From: Octopus vulgaris
Lineage: Eukaryota
Direction: 5' to 3'
Length of the DNA: 64,000 nucleotides
NCBI GenBank assembly: GCA_951406725.2
Contig: OX597824.1
Location: forward strand, 98,766,001-98,830,000
Shown here: piece after piece, positions 60,500 to 64,000 of the stretch
Layout of the letters: every line of letters starts with the position of its first letter
How positions within the stretch are numbered: position 1 is the first letter of the stretch
The notes under the pieces: generated by a model
The model's database searches: none
The model's input: the letters and a program-made list of their open reading frames with translations, nothing else
Told to the model about the DNA's origin: nothing
Program-made: the position numbers and the translations under genes

Positions 60500-60616
60500 T
60501 CATACATATACATGCATATATATATGTATGTATATATATATATATATATATACTCATACATATACATGCATATATATATGTATGTATATATATATATATA
60601 TATATATACATATACA

Positions 60617-60667
<51 letters not shown>

Positions 60668-60862
60668 TGACAATATATTAGTTGAGAGTATTTATATGAT
60701 GAATGACTATATTGATTAACACTCAGTATGGTGTCTGTATAGTGTGTGTGTGTGTGTGTGTGTGAAACAGTCATTTGTCAACAGACATGAAGAAGTGGAT
60801 TCTGTAAAACAACAGAACAAATATCAACTTAATACCAACACAATTTTGTCAAATGGAACACA

Positions 60863-60893
<31 letters not shown>

Positions 60894-63188
60894 TGTACAA
60901 TCAACTGAATCCCAATCATTGATAGATTCCTTGCAGCTATTTTGTAAACCCTGCTGGCACGAATGACAAAAACCTTTGACTGTGATTTACACTGAAAATA
61001 TGGTGGGCAGGTTACTACCATTCATGCAAACCCATCACCTTTTGTGGGATTGAATTCGCTACCATACACACTAATCATACATAGGAGAGATTATACACAC
61101 CTCAATATCAACAAGTTTATACAAAAACAAATACACGTGTGTGTGTGTGTGTGTGTGCACGTGTATTTCTATATTATATATATACCAAACAATATATTTA
61201 TATGAACACACACACACACACACACACCTGTGTGATATGGAAAACATGACTGAATCCTAGTTTGATGTTTTTGTTTTGTTTTTTGCCAAGGCCTTTCCCT
61301 ATTTTCGTCTGAGTTTGCAAAAAACAGTAAAGTTCTCAAATCCATCCTCAATATTTCTAGACTTTCCTAGTCTCATCTTCAGGTTGCTGTGATATTGTCA
61401 TATGTTGCTGCCTTTTTAAAGACATTATCACCAGAACGTGGCTCTTCACTGTTGGCTTCAAGCATCTTCAGTCCGATATTGAAATTTGTATTTCATGGAT
61501 GCTGTCTCTGTGCTTCTTATTAATAATGAGTTAATCTGGATACTTCTTCCATCTATTACAGGGAGAATTTTATAGAATGTAGAGGAATTGTCCTACATTA
61601 ATGATTTCCTACTTAGCTTTGTTAAATGTTGTATCGTATACAACACTGCAATTACTCTTTGTTGACCCAACAGAGAGAGAGAGAGAGAGAGAGTAATCCT
61701 TGTATGGTCAAAGTAACACTTGCAGTCATGAACTTTACAACTGCCATGTTTTCAATCAGATTCATAAATTACAATGGTCACTGGTAGCTTCTTCATCAAT
61801 TTCTGTTTTTATAATTTGTTATTAATAAGAAGGTTATAAATTTTCATGTTACGGTATCTGTTCTATATCTATATATAATACATATATATGCATTTATTTA
61901 TATATATATATATATATATACTCTTTATCTTATATTATACTTTTTAATACTTTTTGATAGTTATATTTATAAAAAAAAATTTTTTTTTAACTTTTTTTTA
62001 AATTAAAATAATAATAATAATAAAAATAAAAATAATAATAATATATATATATATATAAATTTATAAGTATAAATTAATAATTTAAATAATTTTTTAAATT
62101 TTAACTTTAAATTTAAATAATTTAAATTTTGAATTTTATATATTTTGTATATTATATTAATTAATTTTATTTCTATGTATTGGTTTATGTTTTTCACTGT
62201 TTGATTTGCCTAAAAGTGGTTTTATCTCTAATTTAATATAATATATATATATATATATTCTGTTATGTCTGGGGAGAGTCATTCTCTTTTAGTGCCAAAT
62301 CCAAAAACGAAATATATATATATATAAATGCTCTAATATCTACACAGCCTTGTTTTTTTTATCATATTACGCAAAAAATTCTTATATATATATATATATA
62401 TATAGATATATATATATACATATATATATACTACATATATATCATCATCATCATCATCATTGTCGTCGTCATTTAATGTCCATTTTCCATGCTGACATGG
62501 GTTGGATGGTTTGACTGAGGACTGGCAAGCCTGGAGGCTGCACTAGGCTCCAATCTAATTTGGCAAAGTTTCTACAGCTGGATGCCCTTCCTAATGCCAA
62601 CCACTCTGAGAGTGAAGTGAGAGCTTTTTACATGCCTCTGCCACAGGAGCCAGTCACACAGTACTGGCATCAACCACATTCAAACAGTGCTTTTTACGTG
62701 CCACCGGCATGGGTGCCAGTCAGGCGGCACTAGCCCTGGCCACACTCAAATGGTGCTTTATATACATATATATATCTATAAATATAAAATATATATATGT
62801 ATGTATATGATATATGTAACACACTTTAAGTTTGTTTGTGTTGTATTGAATTGGTGGAGTGAGTGTTGAGGCATTGTATTCCTTTCTGGATTGTTCTGTG
62901 ATTTCGTCTGTTATGATGATGATGATGATGACTTGCTTAAAATAGACATTGTTAATTGGTGCTTATTTTGAGGAATTCTTTCCTTTGTGCTTCTTTTATA
63001 AAAGAGAACGAGAAAAGGAGACAGCAAAAGTCTAGAAATGTTAAGGATGGATTTCAAAAGTTTACGGTTCCAAATAAATTACAAATAACAAAAAATAAGG
63101 GAAAAACCTCAAAATTAAAAATCTAAAAGTAGAATATAGTCATGTTTTCAGTACAGTAAAAAATTTTAAAAACTGAACTCTCTCTCTG

Positions 63189-63223
<35 letters not shown>

Positions 63224-63492
63224 ATAAAATGCATGTGTAAACAAGTTTATACGCATATTATAAACATTCACATGTGTGTAAGATGGACATGAAACCAAAA
63301 CTTTGATGAGACTGTCAGCATTTTCCTTGTAAAAATAAACTATATACATCACCATCATTTAACATCCATCTTCCATGCTGACATGGGTTGGACGGTTTCA
63401 ACAGGAGCCAGCAAGCCAGACGACTGTACCAAGCTCTACTGCAGGTTTTGGCTGGATGCCCTTCCTACTGCCAACCACTTTACACAAGTGAC

Positions 63493-63529
<37 letters not shown>

Positions 63530-63598
63530 GGAGAGAGCAACAGATTTATGTACACACACACAAACATTACATACAATCAAATTTATCTATACAAATGT

Positions 63599-63633
<35 letters not shown>

Positions 63634-64000
63634 AAATGTTACAATAGATTTCAACCATTTCCAAAAACACATTGCTTTACAGAGGCCTGGAACTGATTTT
63701 ACAATTCAATGAAAACCAAAAATTAAAACAAGAAAATACTCTTATAATCCAACATAAATATTGAGTTTCAAAACAATATGGTCAGGGAGAAGCCTTTCCC
63801 TGGAAATTCTGCCAGTTTCAAAAAATACCATGAATTAGCACTGAAGCCATACATCAACAGTAAAGCTTCTCTTTTTTTTTCTATAGTTTTTCTTTCTTTT
63901 TTTAAGTTGTTTTTTTTTTAATTTTTACAGTTATTGAAAGACTGAATTCCAGCTTGTGGTGCTGGTTTGTTAGCATCCATCATAGAATATAATAAATTTG

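Noticed and set aside
61860-62260. Extremely AT-rich block as an organellar insertion or origin
   Set aside because: No gene or tRNA features; looks like degraded low-complexity sequence or poor consensus.

Overview
AT-rich, microsatellite- and retroposon-dense animal genomic DNA. The repeat families (tRNA-derived SINEs, RTE-type 3' ends with (GAT)n tails, a (TAA)n-embedded ~560 bp element) look like those of octopus/coleoid cephalopods; this is an inference. Two genes converge. (1) The last two coding exons of a synaptotagmin-like C2B-domain gene (+, 669-2595), with degenerate Ca2+ ligands. (2) A complete, hand-spliced 15-exon BBS1 gene (-, 55132-21464; 1746 nt CDS, 581 aa), all junctions GT-AG and phase-compatible, with a 5-nt coding first exon and an X-box-like element upstream. 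Most notable structure: an ~815/840 bp inverted duplication (31517-32331 and 38788-39627), near-identical inside and diverged at the outer edges, brackets exactly BBS1 exons 7-9. These exons form a 360-nt phase-0/phase-0 cassette, a geometry predicting a stop-free circRNA, in-frame skipping, a long dsRNA/ADAR substrate or an invertible segment. Also seen: a tight cluster of RFX X-box consensus matches at 9032-9114 plus X-box-like arrays at 7.3 and 11.8 kb; degenerate minimal hammerhead-ribozyme motifs in Penelope-like fold-backs; many intronic hairpins; and fragments of mariner/Tc1, piggyBac-like, Helentron-like, CR1, RTE and Penelope elements. Most ORFs in the supplied track are microsatellite artefacts. 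All comparisons were made by eye, without database searches.
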